DNA of 63,868 nt, the filler included, from Reclinomonas americana ATCC 50394 (Eukaryota): NCBI GenBank assembly GCA_048213135.1. It is 5 parts of 2 records of this genome, joined end to end, with 100 filler letters (N's around TTAATTAATTAA, not from the genome) between each part and the next. Parts side by side here need not be neighbours in the genome. Positions count along the whole stretch, not along the records: positions 1 to 17,137 come from PS015094.1; 4 more parts are not named here. One strand, 5' to 3'. The notes under the pieces were generated by a model that searched no databases, had not been told where the DNA came from, and saw only the letters and a program-made list of their open reading frames with translations. Position 1 is the stretch's first letter; every line of letters begins with the position of its first letter. Both the position numbers and the translations under genes were made by a program. Positions 1 through 12,169 of the stretch are shown one piece after another.

Positions 1-1
1 G

Positions 2-1504
2 GTGCATGAGGAGCCGGCCGAGAAGAAGAAGAAGGACAAGAAGAAGAAGAAGCACAGCAGTGCTGATGAGGCGGAGGCGACAGGGGAGGAGGTGCACGAG
101 GAGCCGGCCGAGAAGAAGAAGGACAAGAAGAAGAAGAAGGTGAAGGCTGACGTGACGGAGGAGGAGGAGGAGGAGGATGAGGAGGCTGCCGAGAAGAAGA
201 GAGTGGCGTTGGCGTTGCTGCTGGCCACGACGAGCAGCTCTGACGAGTCCGACTCTGACTCGGAGTCTGATTCTGAGTCTGAGGAGGAGCAGGGCACTGC
301 TGGGCAAGCGGAGGGCTCGACCGTGTCGAGGAAGAACAGGAGGAAACATGAGAGGAAAAAGGAGAAGAAGGTGAAGAAGCAGGCCAAGATGGCGATGCTG
401 CGAGCGAGGAAGGAGGAGAGGCGCCGAAAGGAGATTGAGGAGAACATTCGGTTGGGTCGTGGGGCGACATACACTGTCAAGACTCACTGGGGCGCCGTGC
501 GGAAGCCGGCCAATTTGGGCTCTGTGCCCGCCTCGGCTCAGTATGCGGGGAATGGTGAGTCGGAAAAAAGGAGAAGGAGGGTTTCGTGGTGGGATGGCTC
601 ACTTTATTTTTTTGCAGTCGAAACTTGGGAGGGTGTGCCGGCGGCGTCGGAGGAGAAGGCCCAGCAGCGGCGCGTGTTGAGCGAGCAGGAGAGGCAGAGT
701 CGCAAGTGAGTAGAGCGGGGCGGGGGAAGGGGAGGGAGAGGGGAAGGGAGAGGGGAAAGGGAAAAGGGAAAGGGAGGGGGTTTGATAAGAGAGTGAGGAG
801 GTGTGGTTGCGTGTGACAGTTTGATGGGGAAGAGATAGTGAGAGGATGTTGATGATGAGAGAGATGAGAACGATAGGAGAGAGAAAGAGTTTGAGGCTGA
901 TGATCTCCTTTTGCAATCTCTCTCTCTCTATCTCTTCTCCTCTTTCTCCCTTCCCTCATGCTCACTCTTTCCCCCCCACACGACAGGCGTGGTCCCGACG
1001 AGTACGACGCCGAGTACGACGCCGGTCGCGTGAAGAAGGTCCGCAAGCACGAGCCGCTCAATCCCAACGCGCCGAATCCGTTCCAGCAGATGTCGGTGAG
1101 TTGACGTGTGTCTGCTGTTATCACACAAGGACAAGGAGTGCTTACTGTCTTTTTCTCGAAAGTCGCTGAGCCCGGAGGAGCGCATGCAAAAGATGAGAGC
1201 GCTGCAGCACTCGCCGGGAGACTCCGCCGGTGGATTCGGTGGTCGTGGCGGTGGTCGCGGCGGCGGTGGTCGTGGTGGCGGCCGTGGAGGTGGTGGTCGT
1301 GGTGGCGGTCGCGGTGGTGGATTTGGAGGCGGTGGCGGTCGTGGTGGTGGCCGAGGTGGATTTGGCGGCGGCCGCGGAGGTGGTCGCGGTGGAGGCCGTG
1401 GGGGTGGCCGCGGCGGTGGTCGAGGTGGTGGTCGTGGTGGTGGTGGCCGAGGTGGTGGCCGAGGTGGTGGCCGTGGCGGTGGCCGTGGGGGTAGTCGTAG
1501 GTAG
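2..1504 (+). CDS. 3' part of a nucleolar K/E-rich protein with a USP36/UBP23-like C-terminal motif and an RGG/GAR tail (5' end outside the window)
   Basis: KKE/D-rich ORF. After splicing (introns at about 555-618, 706-986 and 1096-1162) it reads VETWEG...RGPDEYDAEYDAGRVKKVRK...NPFQQ, resembling the USP36-family C-terminal D-x-E-[YF]-D-x-G-[KR]-x-KK..N[PA]FQ motif, then about 90 aa of RGG/FGG repeats to TAG at 1502-1504. Confidence 0.55.
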
Positions 1505-1570
1505 TTGCGAGACGCTCACTAATTTTCTCTCTCTCATTAAACATCAATGTTGCGTTTTTTTCTATGTGCT

Positions 1571-2600
1571 TTATTGGGAAGGCGCTGCAGCGGTGTCGGG
1601 CGCTGTCGCCACCGCCGCCGATGCGTCTGGTGGTGCGGCGCCGGCCTCGTACACCAGATAGTCGACGTTGATGTTGGCACCCACGGCCGCACGTGCGTCT
1701 TGGTCCTCACATCGGTGCAAGCGCATGTCACCTGTAGCATCCAAACAAAGTGAGACATTCCGTATTTCACCATCATCAAGAAAACGATTTGTCCCAACCA
1801 TCGAGCGTGTTCTCCACGCCACCGCACAGCTCCCAACCAGCACGGGCGGCCAATGGACCCATGCGACGGAGGTATTCCGCCTTGTTCTCTGCCTTGAGCT
1901 GAATAATGTATCTGTGCCGGGGCGCCGTGTCAGCTCGCAGAGACAGCACGACAGAGTGCGCCTTCCCCCCTCCGCAACTTGGGAGTCTCCACAAACACGG
2001 GCGCGCCTGGAATCAGCAGACGATCAAACTCGGGTCCCATGAGGTGCACCGCCGTGTTGGCAGTGGCGGCGCAATGGAAGAGATGCTCGAAGCGACGCTT
2101 GTTGAACAGCGAATCCACATGCCCGCAAATGAACCGCATGCGGAACGGCACAGACCACGGTCGCAGATCTACACCGTCGGGCAGCGGTGGTCCCTCGTGC
2201 TCCTCCTCCTCTGCTGCTGCTGCTGCTGCTGCTGCCTCCGCAACGTCGCTGGTTGGAGGTGGTGGTGGTGGGGATGAAGACCCACTCGCCTCGCCTCCAT
2301 CGCCACTGCTGGCAGAGGTAGCGGCAGCGGCCTCGGCCGCCTCGTCAGCCGCAAGCTTGGCCTTGCGTTTCCGCTCCTTTTCCTTCTCCAGTGTCTCGTA
2401 GTCATACTCACGCCCGGTCTCCAGCTCGTGCATGTACGACATGAGGTTGTGGTAGGAGACATCGGTGGCCGTCTTTCGGTGGTCGTGCATGCTCTTGGCG
2501 AAGAGTGAGCGGAACTCGCCCTCGCAGCCAAAGGAGAGGAATGGTCCGTTGGTGATGTCGCAGAGGAAGCCGCGGAGGCGGATGGGTCGGCCGGCCTGTC
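1571..2600 (-). CDS. DNAAF3: Dynein axonemal assembly factor 3 (PF22) homolog, C-terminal part, 5' end lost in gap
   Basis: RGFLCDITNGPFSSFGCE...KTATDVSYHNL resembles the DNAAF3 motif RGYWGDIxTGPFxAFGIE. Downstream HLMGPEFDRLLIPGAPVFVETPK also fits. TAA stop at 1571. Confidence 0.75.
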
Positions 2601-2661
2601 AAGTGGGGAAAGGGGAATGAGGGAAAGGGGAATGAGGGGAANNNNNNNNNNNNNNNNNNNN

Positions 2662-3790
2662 CCCCAGTTGCCGCCACCGCCACCACCTCTACGTCAGCCT
2701 TCACCACCGCCACCACCGCCATTGGTGCAGGAGCTGGCGGCAGAGAGCGAGCATTTGGTGGCGCACAGTCGGGAGGTGTTGGAGGAGTCGGTGATGCATC
2801 GCCTCTCCATGATTCAGCATCGCGAGGCCGAGTTGCTTGCCGAGCTCGGCAGCAACGCGGCACTGGAGATGGGCGATGGTGGTGCGGGGCACGAAGTCGG
2901 CGGCTACGAGCCGCCCTCTCGCCGTCCACCACCACCACCACCGTCTTCCACACAACAGCATCCACTGCGGAGGCCACCCGCGGCAAGTGTGGCTGCTGCG
3001 ACGCCACCGCCCGCCGTCACCACCATTCCCATGTTTGTCGACAGTCTGGAGAAGGTCGTCAAGGCCTCGCTGCGGAAGCGACACGAGGTGCTGGAACGCA
3101 CCGGTCCGCTGTTTGAGTCGTCGGCGTCAGCGGGCGACACTCTTGCGTTCTCGGAGGTGTGTTAATTTTCGCGACGTGAAGTATGGCGCTGCTGCTCAAA
3201 CGGGTGTGCACACAGTTTGGCACCATGACGGCCTCGCAACTGCGCGATCGCACTCGCAATGCAGGCGGCGGCAATGCACCGCCTCCACTCATGTACGCCG
3301 AGGCACCATTTCAGCAACAACATCAGCAACCACAGCAGCAGCACAATGGTACATTCTCCAGAAGCTGGATATCACCAAGAGTTGCACACTCGCACAATAA
3401 GACCTCGTGTGTGCGCGGTGGCTAAATCCTTTGGTGTTCTGCAGCGGAAAAAGTCACATCGCGACGGTGGCATCTCGCTGGACCTCAGCGATTTCAACTT
3501 GCACCAGCTGCGGTCGAGTCAGGAGGGTTCACTTCGCGACTACGCCGCTCCAGTGGTGAGTTCGACCCACTACGCACACACACACACACACACACAGCCG
3601 CAGCGAGTCGTCACTGACGTTTACCGCAGGAACGACACGGACGCCGATCGCACAGCGCCAGTCGCGGGCCCAGCACTGCCAGCCGCCCTTCCGCAGGCCT
3701 GTTGCCGGTGGCCGCCACCGATCCAGAAGGCGGCGTCGTGCTCAACTTGTCGAATTGGTCACCAAGGCGCCTTCGCGGCTCGTCGGCTGC
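2662..3790 (+). CDS. Fragment of an unknown coiled-coil/proline-rich protein
   Basis: Open frame with coding-like composition (LVQELAAESEHLVAHSREVLEESVMHRL...) and GT-AG introns; bounded by gaps; 3' end uncertain. Confidence 0.45.
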
Positions 3791-4757
3791 ACAAAGAGAC
3801 GAGGGCAGAGGGCGGAAATGAAAACCACAAAACGTCGAGAAACGCACTTCTTTGTATACGACAACTCTTATCTTGATTTTCGCACCACATGGAGCCCGCA
3901 ACGTTGAGTCTGCGCACTCTCTCTTGTGTCCATGTGTACTCAAACACCTCGCTCTCACAGTTTCCGCGCACTGGTCCACGAGCTGCTGCCCACGCTCGAT
4001 CTCGANNNNNNNNNNNNNNNNNNNNNNNNNNNNNNNNNNNNNNNNNNNNNNNNNNNNNNNNNNNNNNNNNNNNNNNNNNNNNNNNNNNNNNNNNNNNNNN
4101 NNNNNNNNNNNNNNNNNNNNNNNNNNNNNNNNNNNNNNNNNNNNNNNNNNNNNNNNNNNNNNNNNNNNNNNNNNNNNNNNNNNNNNNNNNNNNNNNNNNN
4201 NNNNNNNNNNNNNNNNNNNNNNNNNNNNNNNNNNNNNNNNNNNNNNNNNNNNNNNNNNNNNNNNNNNNNNNNNNNNNNNNNNNNNNNNNNNNNNNNNNNN
4301 NNNNNNNNNNNNNNNNNNNNNNNNNNNNNNNNNNNNNNNNNNNNNNNNNNNNNNNNNNNNNNNNNNNNNNNNNNNNNNNNNNNNNNNNNNNNNNNNNNNN
4401 NNNNNNNNNNNNNNNNNNNNNNNNNNNNNNNNNNNNNNNNNNNNNNNNNNNNNNNNNNNNNNNNNNNNNNNNNNNNNNNNNNNNNNNNNNNNNNNNNNNN
4501 NNNNNNNNNNNNNNNNNNNNNNNNNNNNNNNNNNNNNNNNNNNNNNNNNNNNNNNNNNNNNNNNNNNNNNNNNNNNNNNNNNNNNNNNNNNNNNNNNNNN
4601 NNNNNNNNNNNNNNNNNNNNNNNNNNNNNNNNNNNNNNNNNNNNNNNNNNNNNNNNNNNNNNNNNNNNNNNNNNNNNNNNNNNNNNNNNNNNNNNNNNNN
4701 NNNNNNNNNNNNNNNNNNNNNNNNNNNNNNNNNNNNNNNNNNNNNNNNNNNNNNNNN

Positions 4758-5527
4758 CACGGAGACGAAGAAGACAATGCGGTGTGCACAGTTGTCTCTC
4801 TCCCTCCCTCCCTCTCTCTCGCACACACACACTCACATGCGACACTCATGCAGCGCCCGGTTGAACTCGAGCCACAACCTCAACATCCAGCCGAATGACG
4901 CACTCGACGCGATTCTCGTGGAGGAGATTCACGCTGTGCAGCAGCAGGGGGCCGCCAGTGAAGGCAGCAAGAAGCGCACTGCAAGCGAGTGCAGCACCAA
5001 CGGCGACAGTGCAGCTGCCACGACAGCCGAGGACGACGAGTTGCGTCATCGCGCGGAGGGAAGGGAGTGACGTAAGCAAGCTGCTGAGATTGCGTCACTT
5101 ATGCTGCAGGCCGCTGCAAAAGAAGCGAAAGACAGCGACACCTGCGTCGTCGCAGTCGTCGGCGGGATCCGCCAGTCAGGGCAGTGCCAGTGGCAGTGGG
5201 TCTGGCCAAGCTGGGATGTTGCGCACGTTGTTATGCCTGGGGGAGCCTCGTCGTTCTGCTCACATCGTATTTCGTGCAGCTCGGAAAGCTGAAGCGCGTC
5301 ACGATTGAGTCGTTCAAGGGCCAGCGCCTGATCAACATTCGAGAGTGGTACATGGCCGGTAGCGAGCTGAAGCCCGGCAAGAAAGGGTTTGCATTTCTCT
5401 CCATCTTTGGACTTGATTCTCTTGCGTTGCCATGATCTCATCGCTGTGCAGCATTTCGCTGACCGTGCAGCAGTGGGATGCACTGGCGGCCGCCTGCCAG
5501 GAAATCAACGCCAGCGTCCACAAGTAA
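4758..5527 (+). CDS. KELP/SUB1-like transcriptional coactivator (possible DEK_C-like helices plus PC4 domain), 5' truncated
   Basis: Spliced WDLGKLKRVTIESFKGQRLINIREWYMAGSELKPGKKGISLTVQQWDAL is a PC4 signature. Upstream TKKTMRARLNSSHNL..DALDAILVEEI is DEK_C-like. TAA at 5525-5527. Confidence 0.85.
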
Positions 5528-5698
5528 CCGACAATACACAGACACACGCCATGTGTTTNNNNNNNNNNNNNNNNNNNNNNNNNNNNNNNNNNNNNNNNNN
5601 NNNNNNNNNNNNNNNNNNNNNNNNNNNNNNNNNNNNNNNNNNNNNNCTTGTCGATGTACATTGAGGCATTTTTTCCTTTGGTTTGTTTTTCTTGAGGC

Positions 5699-7595
5699 TC
5701 ACTTCATGCCTCCGCGCGTGATCTGCGACAAGTCCGACACGTTGCCGCCATGGTACTGGAGCGTGGACGAGGGCAGGTGGCCAGAACCCTGTGGCAAGAG
5801 AAGTCAGTCATGTCATCTTGAAACCAAGCGTCTGTGCATTGCAAACCTTGCCGCCCACGTCACGACCGGCGGTGCCACGACCGCGACCCTGCTCGTCGAA
5901 CCGCTCCTGTGGCCAGATGATTGTGAACTTCAGCGGGTGCGGCCGAGTGCGCGAGTGAGAGGAGCACACGTAACCTTGTGGAGGCCGGTGTACTGCGACG
6001 TGTCAGTCAATCGGTTCAGCGTGCTGTCCTTCTCGGCCACAGTGCCTGCGCGGAAACAAGAAGCCAGAACTTGAGATGCGCGTGGAGGCGGAAGAGAAGG
6101 CGGGAATGAGCAAGACGCAGTACCCGATGAACCCGGTCCGCCAGCCGCGAGAAGCGTCGCGACAACATCGTCGTACGATGTGCCTTCCGCCTCGGCGACT
6201 GCCTCCAGCGCACGCTGGAACTCGGCAAAGCTGATGCGCCGGGCGCCCTTGGCCTTGACGCGGGAGAAGATCAAGTCTGCACGACACCAGGTGAGCATTG
6301 GCGACATTCTTTCTCGACAACAACAACAGCATTCACCAGCTTGTGTCGTCGTGAACTTCTTGCTGCACGCGCACATCGACACGGTGAGCATGCACTGCTA
6401 GAGTGACACAGCTTCACAAAGAAAACACATACGCACGTAAGCAGCCCCGTATCGCGGCACAGCTTGACCCACTGCGATTGGTGCTTGGTCAGAAACACGA
6501 AGCCCAACAATTCAAGACTTACACACACGTGCCTTGGCGTTGTCCATCTCGCTGACATTGGTGCGATCACCAAACGACACAAACGACTGGAACACACCGA
6601 GCAGCGTGTTCGCCTCGGCGTGCTCCGGCTCGTAAATGTTGGTCGACGCAGCACCACTGCCACTCGCGCCACGAGTCTCGGCCGAGGTGGGACGTGATCG
6701 CGGCTTGGCTGCGCTTCACCAAATGAGCAAAATGCGTGGTGGAGTGGGGGTGGGAGACGCACTCCGACCACGCAACGTGGACCACCGGCCGACGACACCT
6801 GCAGTCTCGCCATGTCCGCTGTCGGAGGCGGCGGTGCATCGGCAAAACGCTGCCGCACAATCCACATCAGCAAACGTGCGTGTTCAACAACAACGGCAAG
6901 CACACACACACACTGCACCTCGGCGTACATGCCCGTGTAGCCCGACACATCGGTGAGGCGCTCCAGCGTCGAGTCACCGGCCGTCTCCGTCACACCCGAC
7001 AAGGCAGGTCCGTCGTGCGAGACAATGCTGCACCGGCACAGCAGTGAGCACGACGAGGATGAATGGTCTCTCTCATAGGCGCACACAGTACCGATCCTCC
7101 ACCGCCTGTCGACCAGCGTCTGCAACAGCCGCGACAGTGAGGAGGACGCTGAAAGCTGCTGAATTCGAATTACAAGACAACACACCGGGACTGAGCTCGG
7201 GGTACAGTTTCTCGGCCAGCAGCGTCAGCGACTCGCAGAACTGCTCAAAGCTGATCTTGCGCTCCGTGCGCTGCTTCACCTTGTTGAAGATCAGGTCGAC
7301 ATCGACGGTGCTTAGCTGCGTGAGAGACAGACAAGAGGTGAGATTCTCTCCTTCCGCAACACGTTTTCAAGTCACTCCACGAGTTTACCTTTCGCGAGAC
7401 CAGTCCAGTGTCCTTGCACAGCTTGGCAAACTTGCCGCCGTCCATGGAGTTCTGGCCGAGGAGGATGTGTGCGTGAGAAAGTGAGAAAGAGAATCATCAT
7501 GTGAGAGAGAGAGAGAGAGAGAGTGAGCTCACCGGGTCGCCTGTGCGACCAAAGGCCGCAAAGGTGCGGAAGACATCACGAAGGGCGTGGCTCAT
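5699..7595 (-). CDS. Tubulin polymerization-promoting protein with two tandem p25alpha domains
   Basis: Two copies of MDxxK[FW]xKLC[KR]DTGL..DLIFxxVK...ISFxxF..LTDxSxYTG. The C-terminal copy ends HKERFDEQGRGRGTAGR. ATG at 7595, TGA at 5699-5701. Confidence 0.88.
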
Positions 7596-7814
7596 GTTTG
7601 ATCAAAGGGGTGTGTGAGTGCTCAGCGGAGAGAGAGAGGAAAACGCGGTTGTCCTTGTTGGGCGGAGAGTGTCTGATATTTGGAGGGCGATTTGAAGTCG
7701 GTTGTCGACGCAAGTGCACAAGCAGGCAGCGGGAAAAGACTGACAGTGGCTATTCGCTGAGCGTGAAGACGTCGACAGCTCACGTAACGGTGTCGTGCGT
7801 ATCGAAAGTCGCTG

Positions 7815-8441
7815 TCAAACTTCGGAACAACTCGTACAAATGCTTGCGTGCATCGGTTTTTTCACTCGGCACTCGGCGAGCTGCTCTTCAACTTCCACAA
7901 CCACGAAACGCGGAACGGGGCCATGAGAAACGGCGCAGAGAGCAATGTCAATGTCACAGGGTTCCACCGCCCGTGTCGCTATGCATTCACCGGTCGATGT
8001 CGGCGCGTTGGCGACAGTGGTGGTGGTGTTGGTGGACGACTGCGGCTTCCCCCCATGCCCCACGCACGCACCTGGATAAAGGCAAAGTACACCAGCGTGT
8101 ACAGCACTTCTCCCGCAAGCAGGGCCTCGTAGAGTCCGGTGTTGGTCGGTGAGCGGATCTCGGCCCACCCGATGAGAATGCACAAGCAGCCGAACCAGCG
8201 CAGAATGCCGACGGCCATGTTCTGCGCCTCGGGGCGCTCCACACCCATTAGGCTCAGCGAAGTTCTGTGATGGCGGTGCGGAGACAAGTCGGAGAATCCG
8301 ACAACACGACAATAAACGCTGTGCGATATCTGGCTATCACTGGCAACGACGACGCAACATGGGAAACAGCATGAGCACAATGCCGCTGAGCAGCGTCAGC
8401 CACCCCTCAAACACAAACAGTCCCTCGCCCACCGGCAGCAT
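7815..8441 (-). CDS. Small multi-pass membrane protein, unknown function
   Basis: ATG at 8441 (MLPVGEGLFVFEGWLTLLSGIVLMLFP), further hydrophobic segments (AVGILRWFGCLCILIGWAE; LYEALLAGEVLYTLVYFAFIQ); 3' end approximate. Confidence 0.55.
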
Positions 8442-8537
8442 TTTGGCGGCGGTGTGGAAGAAGAACAAGAACAAACTACGGCACGATCCGCGATGCCCCT
8501 GTCCCGACAAACGGTACACAACAACATGACACATGTA

Positions 8538-10173
8538 TTACCATCGTGAGTGCCGTCTCCTCGAACGAACCCACACCACCAGTGCGCACACGACGACCGC
8601 AAAGCCGCACGTGGCGAATGCAACAGAAACGAAAGACGACCGCGATGAAGCCGAGGATACGGACGCAGAGAAAAGCGATCGAGCGCCCACTCCCACAGCG
8701 GCCTCCGCGGGTGGCTGCGGTTGGTCGGGCGGCGTGGTGCGGACGGTGCTTGACGACATGGAGAAGCCAGCAGTCTGACACACCGACGTGCCTGCACATG
8801 GTACAGTGAGATGCAGAGAGAGGGCGAGGGGGAGAGGGAGGGAGAGAAAGACAATCTGCGGCTGCTGCGCATGCACAGATTGCTCATCACGCACAGACGA
8901 GAGAGAGAGAGCGAGTAAGAAAAACAAGTCACAATCTGCAGCAGCTGTGCATCCGCATCGAGTACAAGACGAGAGAAAGCACGAGAGACAGACAGAGATA
9001 TCGAGAATGGCGGACGCACCATTGCTGGCCGTCAGGCTGGCCATCTGCACTTTCGGCGCAATGGTCTGGATCCACGGCAGCAACTGCGCCACATTGACGT
9101 TGGCCACGAGGTCCTGCCGCGAACCGCAGTCGTAGTTGGTGTACGCCGACAGACCGATCAGCAGCCCGGTGGTTGGATGGAACACCGGGTCGCCCAAGTC
9201 ATTCTGCATGATGGCGAGCGATTGCCATGTCAGAGTCCACAAAGGAAGGATGATGGTTGTGGGGAGAGGCACACGCAACAGCGCATGGTCCCTCGTATTT
9301 CTGCGTGCGTGTACAAAAGTACGACGGCACACCGTTGGAGAGAACGCACGGATACACCGCCTCGGGCAGCTGCTTCAGCAGGCCGCTGTTCACCGCCATC
9401 TTGTTCTTCACGGGACTCTGTCGGCGGCATCTCTCGCGAGTGAGCAGAAGACAAGCTACAGCGCACCTCCCCAACCATCCACGCGACGCACCACACCCGC
9501 CCCAAACCCAACCGACATGGTCGGCGTTCCAGCCAGCAGCAGCGTCGAGTTGCTGAGCCTCGTCGGCGTCGTCAACGCGTTGCACGTCACAGCCGACGCC
9601 AGTTGCACCAAGGCGACATTGTTCACCACAGAGCCGGTGGTGAAGTTCGGATGCACAAACACCTTCAGCACCTGCACCGTCTGCACCTCCTCCGAGTCCA
9701 ACAAGATGCCGCCACCAATCTCCGCACGCAGTGGCGTGATCGTCCGATTGGCGCTAAAGCACTCACCTGTTGCGCGCGCAAAGGTCAGCGCGCGCGATAA
9801 CCAATGCGCACAGGCACACAGCACGAACCAGCAGTGAGCACCGCATCAGTGGCCACCAGCGCGCCTGCAGCAGCGAGTCAGCGTGGCACAAGCAAATGGC
9901 GTCTGGCACAGCACTCACCACCGCACACAAGCACGCCATCATATCGCAGCGCCACATACGAGTTGAACTGCGACACACAATGAGAGAGAGAGAAAGAGAG
10001 AGCGCGCGCAGAGACAGTGGGAGAGACGAAACTCTCCCGGCGACCGTCACTGTGCCGCCGACAATGCGCTGCTCCACCGTCGCCGCCAACACAACATGGA
10101 CCAGCGCCAGCGCCACGGCCAGCGCGCCCACAATCCACACCGCGCCGCGAACCCCGCATAACCTCAGCACCAT
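8538..10173 (-). CDS. Secreted or membrane-anchored trypsin-family (S1) serine protease homolog, catalytically dead
   Basis: Signal peptide, activation motif R|IVGG, LVCGG, VFVHPNF, SVGFG. The catalytic motifs read TAGEC, NNVALVQL and NDLGDP. Hydrophobic C-terminus; last exons approximate. Confidence 0.8.
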
Positions 10174-10231
10174 CACGTCGTCGAGAAGCGTTATCGGGGC
10201 GAAATTTATGTCCGTTTCTTTTCACATCGCG

Positions 10232-11913
10232 ATGAGTGGCAAGAGCAAGTCACGCCCGACCTCCGCCGGCAGCGGCAAGCAGGAGGTGAAGCAGCAGCGG
10301 GTCGCTGGGTGCTGCTGTCGATGGGCGTATGAGAACGGGAGGTGTCGCGAGGGCATGCGACCGCGCTTTGCCACTGTGTGTGTGGGCGTGTTGCTGGCGT
10401 GGGCATTTGCCGCTGTGGTCACGTGCATTGTGGCGCTGGCCACCCCGCAGTGGCTTGTTGCGTCGCGCACACACTGCTCTCTGTGCGTGTGTGTGATGAT
10501 GATGCTGATCGGACATTGCGCAGATGGAGGATAGTCACATGCAGGCGTCGCTCGGCCTCAACATGGCCTCCTTTTGCGTGCAGCGCTTCAACGACACCTC
10601 GTTCTGTGAGCGCGTCAAGCTGCCGGGCGATGTCTATGGCAACTACACGTCAGTGGGGCTCATTGTTGCGTCGATGCCAGGGGGGTGTTTTCTGTGATGA
10701 GCGTCTCTCACGCGCGTTCTTCTTCGTTGTAGACGCTGGTGCTGGCTGCGCTGTCGATTGTGTTCCTCGTCGGTGGCATGGTCATGTGGGTCCTCTATCG
10801 CGTCTATGACTTCCGCGCACGATTCAAGTGGATTGGAGTCGTGCGTCTCGCAGTGTGTCTCTTCTCTCTCTGTCGCAGTTCCTGTCGTGCTGATGCTGTT
10901 GCGTGCAGGGCTTGCACTTTGTGGGCGCCACCATGATGGCTGCTGGAGCGGTGCAGTACACGCTGCGTGTCGACAAGAGCGTCTACACGTGGGGCTTTTC
11001 GTGGAAAATCATGTGGGCGGCCGTCGGAATCGGTGTGTGTTTTTCCTCCAGAGTGTATCGCCTTCGAGGCAGGCGATTCTCATTCCCTCCATTCGTGCAG
11101 CTGTGATTTCTGGCATCTTCTCCATGTTCATCGTCCTCATTCACAAAGTCCGCGTCAAGGTGCGTGCCCTCCGTCTCCCTCCCTCCTTCCGTCTCCCATG
11201 GCCTCACATTCTCTCTGCAGGTCAAGGCCACCTTCCAGCAGCGGCAGGCGTGGGAGGACAAGATGCGGCAATACTACCCGCAGTCGCTGCAGGGCGCGTT
11301 GACGGGTCCCGAGTTTGGCGATCCCGATCGGCCCGACCTGCTGGAGGAGGACGGCGCCGTGGGTGGCGGCAGAGAAATGCAGTCCATGCAGATACGCTCG
11401 GTGCTCGGCTCACCCCCCACCATTCGGCAGTCGCCCAATACGCGCTCCAATGTGCGTGCCTCGACTCTGTTGTGTGTCCTTTGCCTGGTGGTCACTGACT
11501 CCTGTCTTTGTTTGTTCTCACAGATTGTGCCGACATCCATCACCATGCCGAGCGATTACGAGATTGATGGCTCGGACGCCAGCATGCTGCCCAACACCCC
11601 GCAGCGAGGCTCGCCACAGACGAATGCACGCCTGGCCAGCACGCCGGTGCGGCCTGGTCGCTCATCGACCACCATGGTGGCGGCCCGTGTGGCACCCGCG
11701 GAAGGCGCATCACCCTCGTCGCCTCCACGCACGTCGCCGGCCAACAACTTGAGCGGCAGCCCGGTGGCCATTCGTATGCCAGGCAGCCCCGCGTCCCCGT
11801 CGTCGCCGACACCACTATTGCATGTGCACACGCCGGCGTCGGAACGCATCCCGGCCGAGGCGCAGCGGCGCTTCCCCCGCGCCAAGCCCACCTTTACCGA
11901 CTCACCCACGTGA
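10232..11913 (+). CDS. Tetraspan claudin/PMP22-like membrane protein with a long S/P-rich cytoplasmic tail
   Basis: TM1 ends ALATPQW; the first loop has SLGL..FC....FC; TM2 and TM3; then YTWGFSWKIMWAA before TM4, matching the claudin-superfamily W-GL-C-C and Y.wG.s pattern. Confidence 0.55.
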
Positions 11914-12169
11914 GGAGCACGGAAGGTGGTGAACAACTGGGCAACGATCGCCGCACAGCGAGAAAAAACAGACTCGCCAGCGTCGTCCTATCGAGCAGCG
12001 ATGGACACGAGACAAACGGAGAGCGCGATCAGTCCTCCACGACGACGAGCAAGTGTTGAGAAAGTGTACAACACGCGGTGGTGGATGTATTTACAAACAA
12101 CGACAACAACAACAACGACACAATCTTTCGTAAGAGCCCGGAAGGCGGGCGCGGGGGGGGAGAGGCGAA

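Noticed and set aside
477-1661. His-rich, Thr-rich, Trp-rich and Val-rich ORFs
   Set aside because: Alternative frames and antisense shadows of the RGG-coding repeat.
3611-5070. Long X-filled ORFs here and at other gaps
   Set aside because: Artefacts of translating through N runs.
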